Assembly: GCF_048593235.1 (NCBI RefSeq)
Contig: NC_133617.1
Location: forward strand, 284,271,988 to 284,335,987
Source of the DNA: Sminthopsis crassicaudata
Lineage: Eukaryota
Length of the DNA stretch: 64,000 nucleotides
Direction of reading: 5' to 3'
How positions within the stretch are numbered: the first letter of the stretch is position 1; each line of letters starts with the position of its first letter. The notes under the pieces were generated by a model that worked only from the letters and a program-made list of their open reading frames with translations, searched no databases and had not been told where the DNA came from. Both the position numbers and the translations under genes were made by a program. Shown here one piece after another: positions 39,170 through 53,925 of the stretch.

Positions 39170-39900
39170 TAAAATGACTGTGGTGAAGGTAATAGGGAGT
39201 CACTCAGTTTATTAAGTAGATGGGATATGTAGTCAGACCTACATTTTAGAAAAGTCATTTTAGCAGCTGAGTAGAGGATAAGTTGGAGTGAGGTGAGGCT
39301 TGAGTCAGAGAGATCAATTGCAAGACTACTGCAATAGCCAAGGGATGAAATAATAAGGTACATGAATAGTAGTTTTGGAAATGATGAAGGGAATGTGTAT
39401 GTGTTTGTGAATGTGTATGTGTGTGCATATAATGTATATGTATGTATATATGTAGTTATATTCACACACCTATATATATATATATGTATAAACATATATA
39501 TTTATGTACATACATATATTGGGAAGGTAGAAACTATAAAATTTGACCAAATTATTTAGATAAGATATGTGCAAATGACAAATTAAGGATGATGCTAATA
39601 TATAGATCTTGGATGACTAGGAACATGTAGTGACAGGAAGATGATGGTGTTCTTGATGGTAATACTAAAATTGGGAAAAATTGAGGTTTTGGGGGAAATA
39701 GGCTCTATTTTGGACATGTTGATTTTGAGATAGTTATGGGACATCTACTTTGAGGTGTTCAAAGGACAATTGGTGAGGTCATGGACAGAGATTAAGATTG
39801 GATATATAGAAATCATTATAGAGATGACAATTAAATCCATGAAAGCTGAGGGAATCTCCAAGCAAATTTATGAAGAGAGAAAAGGCAAAAGACAAAACTT
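39170..39900 (-). mobile_element. L2 fragment with internal (TG/TA)n expansion
   Basis: aggactattgcaatag-like and ttttggacatgttgattttgagatagttatgggacatc L2 signatures. Confidence 0.75.
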
Positions 39901-42900
39901 TAGAGGACACTCACAGTATGAAAGACAGTTTCTTTTTCTGAATGAGTTGAATTTATAGCTAATGAAATCCCTTCCAGCTCTCAAATGGTGATTTATAATT
40001 CTGTAAACAGAATTTTAGGGTAGCCTAATATTATATAATATCCTACGGTTTAATAGGTTAATATAAATATGATATTACCCATTTAATAGATAAGGAAACT
40101 CAGTCTCAGAGTGGTTATTTACCCATAGTCCTATAGTAAAATATCATAGAAAGAGCTTGAATTTTTATCTTCTGTCCCCAAGTTCAATATTAGTTCTCTA
40201 CTTGCCTTCTGGCTCCCCTTTGATTTATCATAAAAATTAGCTCATCATTAGTTTCTCAAAATTATCTTACTAGTTTGGATTCTTTCCTTTTTATTTCCCA
40301 TTTATTTATTTTATTTCCATTTATCCATTTATATCCTTTATTTTCCCAAGAAAAATATGCAAGCATTTTTTAGTCTCTACCTCAAGGTTCTTTAACCTTG
40401 GGAGGCAGTTTGCTGTAAGGGAAAAAAAAATTCAAATCCAGAGATTCAGATTCAATTAACAATTCCATTGCCTGCATGGACATGAACAAGTCACTTGTCC
40501 TCTCAAAGTCTTAGTTTCCTTATAGGTAGAATGGGAATAATATGCATGCAATCTACCTCATGAGGCTGTAAGGAAACTAAAACCCTAAAATGATACCTAA
40601 ATGTGAACTGTTTTTATATTGTCAGATTAAAACATACATATCCAGCACAGTGCCTTGTACATAGTAGGTGCTTTATGAATTTTTGTGGAAGTGAACACAA
40701 AAATTAAATGATCCTTTCTAAGGTACTATAAGCTCCAACAATATTTCAAACTATGGTGATAAGCTCAGTAGTTTTTCTTTAACTATGAGCTATAATTACT
40801 GTGACTTTCCAGTTTTTATAAAACAGGTCAAAATTACATTTCAAAAGTGAGATGTTGCCTTAATGTTTCCTTAAATGAACTGTTGACAAGCCTTTGGAAC
40901 TCTCTAATAGTAAATTTGGTTTCTCTTGTGGCAAAGTTTCTTCCATTCAAATTGTTAAAATATAGTCATCACATAAACCTCGATCCAAAATTTTCATTTC
41001 TCTTTTTGAAATGTCACTGAAAGGGTATTTGTCCCTACAGTCTGACTTATAGGTGAATATTTGTAAAAACTGATTGCTGAAATATATCTCCTTTGATTCA
41101 CTGGTAAAGAGAAAAGAAGGGCAAGATGATTCTGCTTTTATTTACCCTGGCATCAGCTCAAAATAAGCCTTAAAATTACTTTTTGGTGAACAAATAGTGT
41201 GGTTTCTCCATCAAAAGGTTATTTGTTATAAAAGAGCTTTATTCTGTAAGACATCGGGAACATTCACTGTTTAATTGGAGCCACCAAACTGTTGGCCAGT
41301 ATGAGGTCAAAGTCATGGCACTTTATGAGGTTTCATGTCCTGATTATAAAAGAAACAGCTAGAGGAACAGAACCAATTTCTTTCCCTGGGGATTCCCTTG
41401 AGTTCAGTTACACCAAGAAAAAATAAACCCTAAACTAGAAGACTGAGTGTGCTTTATTAACATCTTAAGGATTTGCTAACACACTGGAGAAGGTTAGACC
41501 ATAGTGGGGGGAGAAGTTGTTGTTTTGTTTTGACTTAACCCTCTATATTGGGAAGAGGGAAGGATTAAATCATGCAACTTTAATTTCTTTTCTCAATAGT
41601 AACACAAAGACAATTAATTTTTTTTCTATTTGTTGGCCTTATTTACTAAAGAGGATCATAGATTTTAGGTTGAAAAAGAATCATAAAAGTAATCTAGTCT
41701 GCCTTTTCATTTTATAGTGTCTTGCTCAATGTTATCCAAGTAGTATAAGTGTCAGAGATGAAATTCAAATCCAGGCCACATAATGTTACCAAATGTCAAA
41801 GTTTTAAGAATACCTCCTCTCTGAACAAGAATCCCCATTAGAATACTCCTTACATAGTCATTCAGCTTTGGCCTGAAATTTTCTTCAGTGATAGAGAACA
41901 ACTACCTACTGAGTCAGTCTCTGCCAGTTTTAATTAGGAAAATAGGTTTAGAGCTAGAAAGAGTTTACATATCACCCAAGCATTTTATAATATTGATGAG
42001 GAGATTGGTCTAGAGAGGCCCAATGATATACCTAAGACCACATAAATAGGTACAGTGTGTGTGGTCCAGTTAATTATAGATATAAAATTTGAATCCACCA
42101 CTGGGGAATTTTTTTTTCACCATTATTTTCTAGTGGTTCTACACAGAACCCTTAAAATAATATGATAGGTTATCTCTATTTCCTTATATTTATAGTCCTA
42201 CATGGCCGTGATTAGTGAAGATGGACTACACTCTCAACTCCAAGAAAACATTGATGATATACGTTATCCTACTTCTAATAAATGTTTGACAGACTCAAGC
42301 TACAGCTTGAGATATACACATATATATGTATACAAATATTCACATATAAATATGTGTGAATGCATATATCTGGCAAATATGTGGATTTGTTTTTCTTGGC
42401 TATTCTTATTTGCCATAAAGATTATGGTTTTATTTAGAGGGACAGTTAGAAGGGAGCTAGCAGTAGTGCAATAATGTTATATATTTCAGGGGAGGAAGAA
42501 AGAAGTCATTGAAGCATTTTAAATGCCCAGCAAAAGGAATTCAAAAGGGAATACAAACAATGAGAATAACTTTGAAAGTAATATGTTAAGATATATTTTT
42601 GAGTATTAAAACAAACTCTTCATAAGATTCAGCTTCACATACTAGCATATGATCCTCTTCTGTTCTACTTTATATATAAACATCGTTTATGTTCATTATA
42701 TTTTAATGAATTTTTAAAAATGAATATAATATATTTTTAAAATAAATTATCATCTTTATTTCATATGTTTCTGAATTCTAGGACCTAGAATGTCATCATT
42801 CTTCCTCCCTAATAGGGACAAAAAGCAATCTGGAAACTCATGACAGTTTAGTGACAGAAAAACTATTTATTGGTAAGTGTAGCCTTTATATAAGAGCATT

Positions 42901-45900
42901 GTTACCAGATCACTCTTAAGAGTATGATTTATATCTGTCTGACACAGCCAGTCTCATAGCTTTACAAGAAGGTATTGGGTATCATTACCATGTGGCAGTT
43001 CTATACTCCAGAAATGAGAAGTATTTCCTCCTTACTTATAAAAGTCAAAGGTCTTATAAAGAGCCTTTTCTTTTAAAAAATGTTGAATCAAGGATCACTG
43101 GATAAAATTATATTGATAATGATTTGAAACCGCATTCAAAACCATCTCAATGTGGGGGGGGATATCAATGAATACACACTCATGAAATTAAAAATAAAAT
43201 CAGAAAAAAAATTTCTAATCAAATGTATTCATTTTTAAAAGTTCCAATTAAAATCAATTTTCATTTTGTCAGGTAAGTTATATGGACTGATTACATTATA
43301 CATTATATCTCATTACAATAAGCATGAGGTTCAGTTAACAATGTCCTTAATTTTGAAATTAATCTAATAAAGTTGCATTACTCTTATTATATTTTACTTA
43401 TCATTTAATAATAAATCACTTGGTAGTAATATTTTGATTATTCTTCATAGAAAATTATATTCTATTATAGTACCTGCCAGAATGTTTAATCATGAAAATT
43501 TCCCCAGTCTTCTTTTTATTTTTGCTCTTTCTCCCTATAGTTTTGTCAACAGGAAAAATATGTCAAATAGATAAAATGGAAAATTAAACAATTGTTAAAA
43601 ATATTTGATTAATGCAAATAGACTTGTCATGATAATTCAGAATAAAGATTTCTCCTTTTTCTTTAACAACCTATTTTCCTCTCCTTCCAGCCTTCGCTTT
43701 GTCCCTTAAGCCCAGTCCCATTACAATTATTCCCATCAGTTCTTAACAGTTCACTTCACTCATACAAATACAGCCTAAAACAAGAAACAGTTTTTGATGG
43801 ACCTTCATTTCCTCATCTGTAAAATGAAAGGGTCTGTTCCAGATTTTCTCCAGGGTGATTCCATGAAATATGATATAAAACAGAGGGCATGTTGAGTGTT
43901 TATAACTATTACACATTTTCATACCAAATTGACCTTACCCGAAAATCCATTACATTTTTTCAGAGCAGTTTTCAAAGGCAGGACTACATAAAATCTTTTA
44001 GAACTTCATAAATACTGTGGAAGGAATTAAAATGTGTCCTTTTAGTAGATACTTCTATAAAAAAAAAAGGACACTTGTGGCCATCTGGTGGTTACTGGAG
44101 GAAATACTTCTGAATTTTATCTTCATTCCATTCAAATGTATTAGAAAACATTTTCAAATCTAATATGTAATTTTTTGGCTAGAATGAAAAATAAGCCAAA
44201 CCATCATTTTACAAATGGGGAAATTGAGGCCAAAAGATTTTAAAATTTGTAATTGAATTTTGTGAATTATTACCTTGAATGCTGAATTTTTTAAAGGCAA
44301 GCCAGAAATATATGTCAATATAAAGAATTCTATTTAATGCCCTATTTTAAAGATAGAGTTTGTAGAGGGGTATTTTGCAGCTACTTAAACCATATTTATA
44401 TCATGTGAATGAGTACACATAATCTTTGCATTATATATATGTAAAATATATTCTGAGATAGTTGAACTTGTGATTTACTAAGAATTTAAAATTTTGACAT
44501 TTGTAGGCTAACATTTTAAAGTGGCATATATTTCCCTGAAATTAATCAATTAAGATGTCTCTGAGTGCACACCATGGGCAAGGAACCATGTTAAGTTTTG
44601 TAGAGGAGACAAAGAGGCATAACAATAAAAGAACCTAAACATAAACTAACATAGTTAAAATTGGCTGCTGAAAAGCATCAGAAATCAGCCCAAAAAGAAA
44701 ATTATAATCACATATGATACTAAATAAATATAACTACACAGGATAAGACGTGTTTTATATTACTATGAAATGCTATACTATACATGTAATTTTCAAAAAA
44801 AATTACATTGCTGTTGTACTAAAAACTGACATCCCTACCAAAAAGCTTTAAGGAATATGCCCATAATGCAAGGAATATGACCATAATGAATTGAAGAAAA
44901 AATTGGGATAATACTGAACAAAATTTGAAGGGAAAAGCATAGAGGAATAAACGTTGGGAGGAAAAGCATGCTGTATAAATCTAGAAAGGAAATGCCTGAG
45001 TAATGCATGCATGTCAACATATGGAGAAAGGGATTGAGGGGTTATTGTAAATGATGGGCCAAATTTAAGTCAACAGAATGCTCCAGTTTTCTAAAAGGAA
45101 GTGATCACCCTGATATATATAAACAATTTTTTTAAAGACTATAAATTAATTACTGTTACATGGATCTTCAAGGATCTCTGATTTCTGTGCTGCAGGTAGT
45201 TTCTTCAGTCACAAATTCCATCCTTACTGTATCTTCTATCATTTCCAGAAGGGGCTTTGTCAAAAAAAAAAAATAAAACAAAACATAGATTTTTGTACTT
45301 GAAGGAAATTTAAAGATATCCTAATCCCACAAAGGAAATTGAGTTTGTAGAATCACCAATCACAGATACAGAGTTAAACAGGATCTTAGAAGTCATTTAA
45401 TCCAACTCTTTCATTTTATAGATAAGGAAACTAAAATTCGGAAAGATTGATTCATTTAAGGTTACACATGCACACACATACATGTATGCATGTATGTATA
45501 TGGGAAGAGAGAGAAAAAATGAAAAAATTGAGTTTTGAATCCAGGCCATTTGATTCCATATTAGTGCTTTCCATTTCACTATACAATGTTTCCCCATGTG
45601 CCTTAGGCTCAGGAACTTCACCAACTAACCACACTGATGTTCAGATAAGAGGCATACCGAAATAGTAAAGCCTGTATCTAAAGGCTTTCTGGGTAGGTTC
45701 CTTTTCAGATTCGTAGAAATGCTAGTTTGTTTTCCACTTTGTCCTTCTAGCCTTAGGAGTCCAGGGCTACCTCTATTCTGTAATGAAGAATTGTAATAAG
45801 ATGGTAAAACATTTAAGTGTTATATATTACACATTTTATTAATAATACAATTTTACAGTATTACAAATGCTGAGTTAATCCTCTATGAGCACCCAGGACT

Positions 45901-47247
45901 TTATGTGCTATTAGTTAAAAATGGCTATTTTCCTAGAAAGATGATACCAGTCAAAATGTGCACTGATTTGATATTTAAATTCAAAAATAAAAAAAGTATT
46001 TCTAGTGAAGTTCATTGTCAACTTATGGCAGCTAATGGAGAACATATTTTTTGGCCAACTGAAGGTATATACAATTTTGATGAAGTTTAATCATACAACC
46101 TGATGGAAAAAAAATTAGTAAATATAACAAAGAACAATGAATGAAAACCTTGAAAGTAAAAATATTATTTTTCTAGATATATTTGAATCAGTTAGATGGT
46201 ATGAAAAAGTAGCTTTGTATAATTTTTAAATGCATTTAATATATTTTTTTTAGAAATGTTAGCTGCTAAACAGTAATAACTCCCCCTTTAAGAGAAATCT
46301 GGGATAGCAAATTTTATTTAATATATTTATAAAAACAGTTATACTGGCAAATGATTAACTGAGTTCCCCCAAAAAAATTCACAACATATTTTTAAGTTTA
46401 ATTTAATTTTGAATATTTTATCCATCCCTTCCTTAAGTGTAGACAATCAGCAAAACAATAAATTAAGCCCTGATCCATAATGTTTGCCAATTAACAGCTG
46501 AAAATTTAACAATAAGGTCTCTTTCTAATTTGAGCTCTCTGGCAGAACCTGGCAAGAGTATTTTTAAAATAACTATTATAGAAATAAAGCACCTACAAAT
46601 CACTATTGCCAAGACTGATTAGGTGAGTGTTCTATTATCTTCTCTGATTCTAGAGACCACCCACTAAGGAAAATATGACTTTTTTTTTTTTTGTCTGTGT
46701 ATGCACAATGACAAGAAAAGGTGACTGATAAACAAATTCAAGAACATTGGTGAAATAGTGATCCAGAATCAAATCTCTATCCTTGGGTGAGCTTACTGCC
46801 TTCATCTCTTTGTTGAGTTAGGTTACTGTACATACAATAGAAATGTTCATTTATTTTGTATTGTATAGTATATACTCTCTTCAGTATATGTCTTCTTGTT
46901 TCTTTTTCTTAGATTTTTCCCCCAAGGAGAAGTTCCTCAAAGCTTCTAGTGAAGCAAGCTGGAGATACAAATATGACAGAATCTGCCAATTCTTCTCATG
47001 TTGGCTTCTTCCCAGAGTCTTTTTCTTCAATAACCTAAATTACATTTGTTATATTCTGTTCTCTCTCTCTGAAAGTCAAAAATACCTGAAAAAATGGCAG
47101 AGCCCAAAGAGTATGAAGAAATAAATTTCTCCGTTCTGCACTTCTCAACAACTCTGTCTTTCCCTTCATAAAGGTATGGGATATTGATTTCCACCATTGA
47201 GGAGAGACTCTCACATTTATGGTCTTTGGAATTTCTGATATACATAC

Positions 47248-47291
<44 letters not shown>

Positions 47292-50200
47292 TGTGTATAC
47301 ATTTTCATATATACTCATTGATTTCCCAGATAAACTATAAGTTACCAAAGAGATGAACGATTTTTGAATTGTCTTTATATCCCCGAAACCTAACACAAAT
47401 AACTGGCATGTGCTATTCACTTAATAAATGCTTATATTTTGATTAATATATTCTCCTGATAAAATGTCGTTAGTAAAATGCTTTATTAAACATATATTAT
47501 GACCTTTGTACAAATGAGATACAATAGAATAAAAGGTTGTTATAAAGTATCTTTTCCTCATTTAAATTATTCCCCAAGTGTTCCCAGAATGTGGTTAAAT
47601 AGAAAAAAGTTCAAACCCATATTTATTATAGCCTACATACCTCTTACTAACAATATGTCCTATCTTCTTTTGTTCCCTGCATTATTCTAAGAATATATTG
47701 CCATAAATCTGGAACAGAAATGTTGAATTCTAATATATATATATATATAGTGTGTGTGTGTGTGTGTGTAATTCCTATCATAGATAAATACAATGTCCTT
47801 TGAAAATTGAATTACTATTTTTAAATGGATCCAGTCTATGGTTAAAAGAAAAGAGTAGTGTTCTCAATTCCAAGAGTAAAAAAAATCATTCTTAAGCTCA
47901 GAGAATTAGAAAAAGAAAACAAAATGAAAGAGATTAAGGAAACCTTTACCCTGACCTAAATGCTAGTAGAAAGAACCAGTAGCTTATTAAAATAAAATAA
48001 TAGCAATTAATACTCCTTGAGATTATCCTGACTCTTGATTTTAAAACCAAAAGATACTGACTTTGTTCAAAGAATAACAATGATTCAACACTTCTTTTAA
48101 TATCACGTGATTATGACCAATTTCAATTTATATTGGTATGCTCACAAGCAAAATTAATAAGATAATGACTGCCTTCAGTTGGATATTGTAATAAAAGTAA
48201 ATGAACATATGATTGAAGTTAGGAATGATAGCTAAAGACATTTTAGGATACTAGATTGTAACTGTTTCCCTGTATAGAAAAGAAATCCAAGTAGCTTTTT
48301 GCCCGTTTTTAAGAAATGCAAGATTAAATATACTTTGCAATTATTCCTTGGCTCAACCTCATCTGAGNNNNNNNNNNNNNNNNNNNNNNNNNNNNNNNNN
48401 NNNNNNNNNNNNNNNNNNNNNNNNNNNNNNNNNNNNNNNNNNNNNNNNNNNNNNNNNNNNNNNNNNNNNNNNNNNNNNNNNNNNNNNNNNNNNNNNNNNN
48501 NNNNNNNNNNNNNNNNNNNCCTCTATCCTAAGGTATCTGCTTCTGGATATTCTCATTATTGACTCTCCAGTTCAAACGTACCTCTTACACCACAAATCTT
48601 ATTCTCTAACAAGACATAATCCACTTTGTGCCCATCAGCCACATTATACGCTACTTATTCTTAGGGAAGACATATCTTCTATCTATCAGTGCTTTCCAAG
48701 GCCTATTTTTTTTCCCTCAACTTACAGGCTACTTGTCATAACTGCTACTAGTCATAAGTAGCAATGTCAGCACTTAAGGCAAATCCATTTTCAGAGGATG
48801 GGCATATGCATAAGATTTATGGGGAGGAGCTAGGTCACCTCCATGTTACAATGAAACATCAAAGACTTGACAATAGTGGGCCAGTGATAGATCTGTTGCC
48901 CAAGGACTGCTACTAAATTCAAGAAACTCATCACCTGTATCAAACAATTAATCAACAATCATTCATTAAGTTTTGTATATGTGCCAGGTACTTTGCTAAC
49001 CATCAGGGAAAACCAGCTCCTGCCACAAAGGAGGTAAGCTTCTACAGGGAAACAATATGTTTGCATATTGCCCCTGGAAATGAGATATTTTTAAGTTGCT
49101 TCTAATTAATTTGGGTATTAAAAGCATTACATAAAAATGAACAGTTTTCAAGAGGTCTTGTTTTCAGAACTAAGTCTACCAAAATGTAGGGTTCTCAGTC
49201 AAATTTTTTACACCATAATAACTCTCAGAGAAAAACTAATAGGGAGATAAAGGTAGAGAGATTATAATCTAGTCAGTTGTGGGCAGTTTGCCCTCATTAA
49301 CAAAGTAACAGACCCTTCAAATATGAAAGTAAATATTCCTTCTGATAAGTCTAGCATAATTTCTTATTATTTAGTTACATAGATATAATTTTCTCTTCCC
49401 ATATTCCAGTGGCTAAGAGATGAACACAATTGTAGTCATGTCTAAAGAAGAAAAAGAAGATAATATATATAGAGAGAGAGATCAAAAAAGATTTTGGCCC
49501 CAAATAGTAAATTGACTGCAAGCCCTCTTAATGAGAGTAGTTTCTAAAGATTTACACAATAGAATCACTAAAAGTTCCATTCTTCCCTCACAATTGACAA
49601 TTAAAACTAGTCATTCTTCTGTCAATCTCATATCCTTGTCCTAATAATATGGAATGATGATCTTTATTTCAGATTCTCCAAACATCACTATCTTTTTGGA
49701 CAATACTTTTTTTTAATTATGCACCCATTTTCTTTATTATAAAAATTATTTAGTAAGAATATAGTAATTGTCAAGCTTTGCTTCTCTTCATATCATTATT
49801 ATAATTAGATAGGTGGAACAGGTGGACTTAGCATCAAGCAAACCTCAACTCATCTTCTCTCAGAAACTTATCAACCGCATGATTCTGGACAAATCATTTA
49901 ACTTTTGCCTCCTTGACAATACTAATCTGAAAAATGGGGGTAATTATTAATAATAAATACTTCCAATACAAGATTGTTCTGAGGATACAATGAAATAATA
50001 TTTGTAAAGTGTGTTAAAACATTATAAAAATATGAGTTATTATATTAATTAGTATTCAATACAGAAGAAAACCTACAGAGAATAATCAAAAGACAATTCA
50101 ATCCGGATTATGTCTCATAAGAACATTACATTCAGTTAAGATAATTAATAATGAAACATCTGAGATTAGAATCCTGATCAAATTCCATGATAATGAACAA

Positions 50201-51526
50201 ATATAATTATTAACAGCCCCAGTTTGCCCACATCTCAAATAAATAAATAAATGCTTTCTAAATGATAATCATTACTGTTCATTCATTTTTGACTTTTTGG
50301 GACGCCATTTGAAGTTTTCTTGGAAAAGATTGAGGGAAACACTTAAGTTATTCCCCTTGGAATAACAAACTATTAAGGTCATAGTGTCTGGGACTGGATT
50401 TGAACTCAGTTTTCCTGAGTCAGGATCCAGAGCTTACCCAGTATGCCACCTAGTTGCCTCAAAGTCCAACCATAATATCTAAGGATATTTCCTGATCCTT
50501 ATGAAACTAGCAAATACTTTTCTAGAAAACCTTATTGTGTCCTTTTTCAAACAACTCATATATCTCTTCAACTTATGCTACTCTTTAGAACTCAGTAGGA
50601 TTTCTGGCACCAGATGAGATCATGATACATTAGAGTCATACTTTTAGCTTCTTACAATTTGCAAAATAGTTTCTTCCCAAACACAATTAATCACAACTAA
50701 TATTGTATTAGGATATTGTCTTTGTTTTATTAATTAATTAATTAAATTACAATTTAATTAAGTTAAAACTAAATTAATTAATATGTTACTATGAGGGCAA
50801 GGACTTCAACACTGATTCCCTATCAGTAGCTGATTTCTCACTGATCTCACCTGTCCCTGTTGTTCCTCCCTAACTTCAGACTGTTCTGATCCCTGATATT
50901 TCAATATGACTCAGATCCCCAGGTTAGGGGATGAAATGATGCTTTTGAAGTAAATCTCAGAAGACTGCAGAAAGTGTACTGCACTCTAGGATTTGAGGTA
51001 GGGTACTGATTTGAAAGAGAGAGAGAGTTGAAGTCACAAGGTGCTCTCAAGAGAGGAAGAAAGGGTGCCCTTTCATTGATATTACTGCCTGGGGCTTAGT
51101 TTTGAAATTCTCTTGCTTAAATTCAGCCTTGAAAATACTGCTCCTTATGTCTCTGGTCATTCGCCTGTACTTTAGGAAGTGAAATTAGTAGACCCTGGAA
51201 TATAAAGATCATTTCATTATCCCTAAATAGAGAGGGGAAGAGAAAGCTACTAATCAGTGAACAAAACAAGAAGAGGGAAAAAGAGAAATTTCTCTGATCT
51301 TCCCTCTTATTGCAGGGACATAAATATCCCAACTCTTGTCTCTGCCACCAAAGTTACTTTTGCTGTGAATTTCCACTGTAACCATGAACACTTCCTTTTC
51401 TCTTCAGCTCTTCTTCTAGTACTTGGAGTTTTGACTAACAGTGGAATTAAGAACTCTTGATAAATGTTTCTATCACCTTTTTTTAAAAAAAACATTGGGC
51501 CATAAAAAAAAGAAAGAAAAAAGACA

Positions 51527-51599
51527 GGGGCAGCTAGGTGGCACAGTGGATAGAGCACCAGCCTTGAATTCAGGAGGACCCAAGTTCATATCTGATCTC
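51527..51599 (+). mobile_element. WSINE1-type SINE, 5' half (runs into gap)
   Basis: ggggcagctaggtggcacagtggatagagcaccagccttgaattcaggaggacc. Confidence 0.92.
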
Positions 51600-52103
51600 N
51601 NNNNNNNNNNNNNNNNNNNNNNNNNNNNNNNNNNNNNNNNNNNNNNNNNNNNNNNNNNNNNNNNNNNNNNNNNNNNNNNNNNNNNNNNNNNNNNNNNNNN
51701 NNNNNNNNNNNNNNNNNNNNNNNNNNNNNNACTATACCAGGTTAACTTTACCTTGAGGAAATCTATAATGGGCTCATTGAAATGAGGAAATTACAAAAAA
51801 ATAAATAAATGATAAGATTATATTAGGAGACAGACTTAAAGACAGACTTAATTTTATGTGGGGCCTAATTTTTTTATTGTTGTTTTTAGTAACATGTTGA
51901 AAATATTTAAATTAGAAATGGTTTTTGTTTTTTGTTTTTAATGGCTACATGACTTGTAAGGAACTCTGTCCATCAGGAATACTAAAATCAGTGCATTTAA
52001 GTGAGTTCATATTTATATTATCTGAGATGCTTTGTGCACTTGAATAATATTGGACTTACTTGAAGTGGATTTTGAATGTAAGTACACCTGCTCACTTTTC
52101 TTT

Positions 52104-52236
52104 TCTTTTTTTTAAATTTTATTATTATAGCTTTTTATTTACAAGATATATGCATGGGTAATTTTACAAACTGACAATTGCCAAGCGTTTTGTTCCAATT
52201 TTTCCCCTCCTTTTCCCCACTCACCTCCCCCAGATG
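52104..52236 (-). mobile_element. Severely 5'-truncated L1 3'UTR tail
   Basis: Reverse complement of the L1 terminus with a poly-T head and a perfect 14-bp TSD gctcacttttcttt (52090-52103 and 52237-52250). Confidence 0.92.
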
Positions 52237-52513
52237 GCTCACTTTTCTTTGCATAATACGTTTGTTTATCCAACTTATTACAAGTATGAAGTATCTGAAA
52301 GACACAAAAAGAAACAATTTTCATCTTTCATGGAAAAAAGGAATTGTCTAGAGATGTAGATGCATAATTTACCAAATTAGCTTGAAAAAGAAATATGCTA
52401 AAAAAAAAAAAAGATAGGAGAACAGGTAACAGAATAGAAATACGGACATATATAATGCAGTTTTTAAAAAAATAGTATCAGGAATGTTGAGGAAAGAAAA
52501 GTGGGAGAGGGAA

Positions 52514-52570
<57 letters not shown>

Positions 52571-52639
52571 AAAGGGTGGTTCTATTGACGAGTCTTATTG
52601 TCTACCTGCTTGAAACTCCTTAGTACTTCGATTTAGTTG

Positions 52640-53110
52640 TTCAAGCAGACAATAAAAAAGTCTCCATATACATCAAAATATTTATAGCCACACTTTTTGT
52701 GCTAGTAAATAATTGTAAACAGAATAGATACTCATCAACTGAAGAATAGGTAAACAAATTGGCATGCATACAAATAATAGAATATCACTGCACTATATAA
52801 GAAATAATGGATATGATGGGTATAGAGAAGGATGGAAAGATTTTAAATGCCTTGATGCAGGGTGAAGTAAATAGAGACTATAGAGAAAAAATAGTCTCTG
52901 ACTTCAACAGTGTAAATGGAAAAGAAAACCACAAAACAATTGAAACTCAATATTGCAAAATTATAAAGATCATACTTGGCTCCAAAGATGAGATATGAGA
53001 AAATACCTCTCCCTTTCCCTCTGCTCCACTTCTTTGTAGAGATTGATGACTACAGGTGTGAGACACTGCATATACTTATTGATGTTGATTTCTTTTCTTT
53101 TTAAAAAATT
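52640..53110 (+). mobile_element. Old L1 3' region
   Basis: Same degenerate family as 14950-15600 (catatacatcaaaatatttatagc...catcaactgaagaataggtaaacaaatt...cttggctccaaagatgagat). Confidence 0.7.
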
Positions 53111-53925
53111 CTTTGTTATTTGTCTGTGAGGGAGAAAAAGAGGAAAAAGGAGAAGGTAAGGATTTAGAAGGAAATCAATCTAATCTTTCCTCTTTCTATT
53201 TCACAAATATCTAGGTATAACAATCAACTATCTGGCCCTTTAATTTGTGGATGGAAGGAACTGGTTTTTTTGTTTGTTTTGTTTTTTTGTTTTTTGTTTT
53301 TTTTTTAATAAGAGCAAAACCCTTACACTTGAAATGTTTATATAGAAAGCTTAGTTTCTGTCAATGATATTTAATGGCTTTTAAAATCAATGATTCAAAA
53401 TAGATACTAGGACTAAGCTCAGCTAGACTCTGGGACTGGCTAAAGCATAATGTCTTTGTCAAAGGAAAAGAGTGTGATGTTTTGAGGCACTTAGTGCAAT
53501 GGATAGAGGTCTGAAACCTGAGACAAGAAAAACTGAGTTCAAATATGAACTCAAACACTTACTAGCTAGCTATGTGACCCCAGGCAAGTCACTTAATGCT
53601 GTTTGTCTCAGTTTCTTCATCTGTAAAATGATTTGGAGAAGGAAATAGCAAACCACTTAAGCATCTTTGCCATGAATATCCAAATGAGCTCATGTAGAAT
53701 TATGCACAACTGAAAGTAATCAAACTACAACAATAACAATATGAAATAGAGACAAATTTCTGGATTTATAATCTGAGTCCCTGGGAATAAAGTTTGAATC
53801 TATCACTAATAATTTGACCTTTAACAATATTCTAACCTCTCTAAGCCTTACTGTACTCATAAACAAAGTAAGAATAATATTTGCACAATCTACTTCATAT
53901 AGTTGTTTTAAAGAGTTATGTGATT

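Noticed and set aside
42793-43070. Possible old solo LTR (tgtcatc start, minus-strand AATAAA near 42867)
   Set aside because: No clear CA end or TSD could be defined.
46913-47124. Strong + strand acceptor followed by a 70-codon open frame (DFSPKEKFLK...)
   Set aside because: No donor, an F/L/Y-rich composition typical of AT-rich chance ORFs, and no recognisable homology.
50785-51480. Slightly GC-elevated unclassified stretch
   Set aside because: No termini, TSD, CpG enrichment or credible ORF. Probably a decayed repeat.
8932-51785. ORFs containing X runs or dipeptide/homopolymer runs (HT, CV, RE, poly-M, poly-S)
   Set aside because: Artefacts of N gaps and microsatellites.
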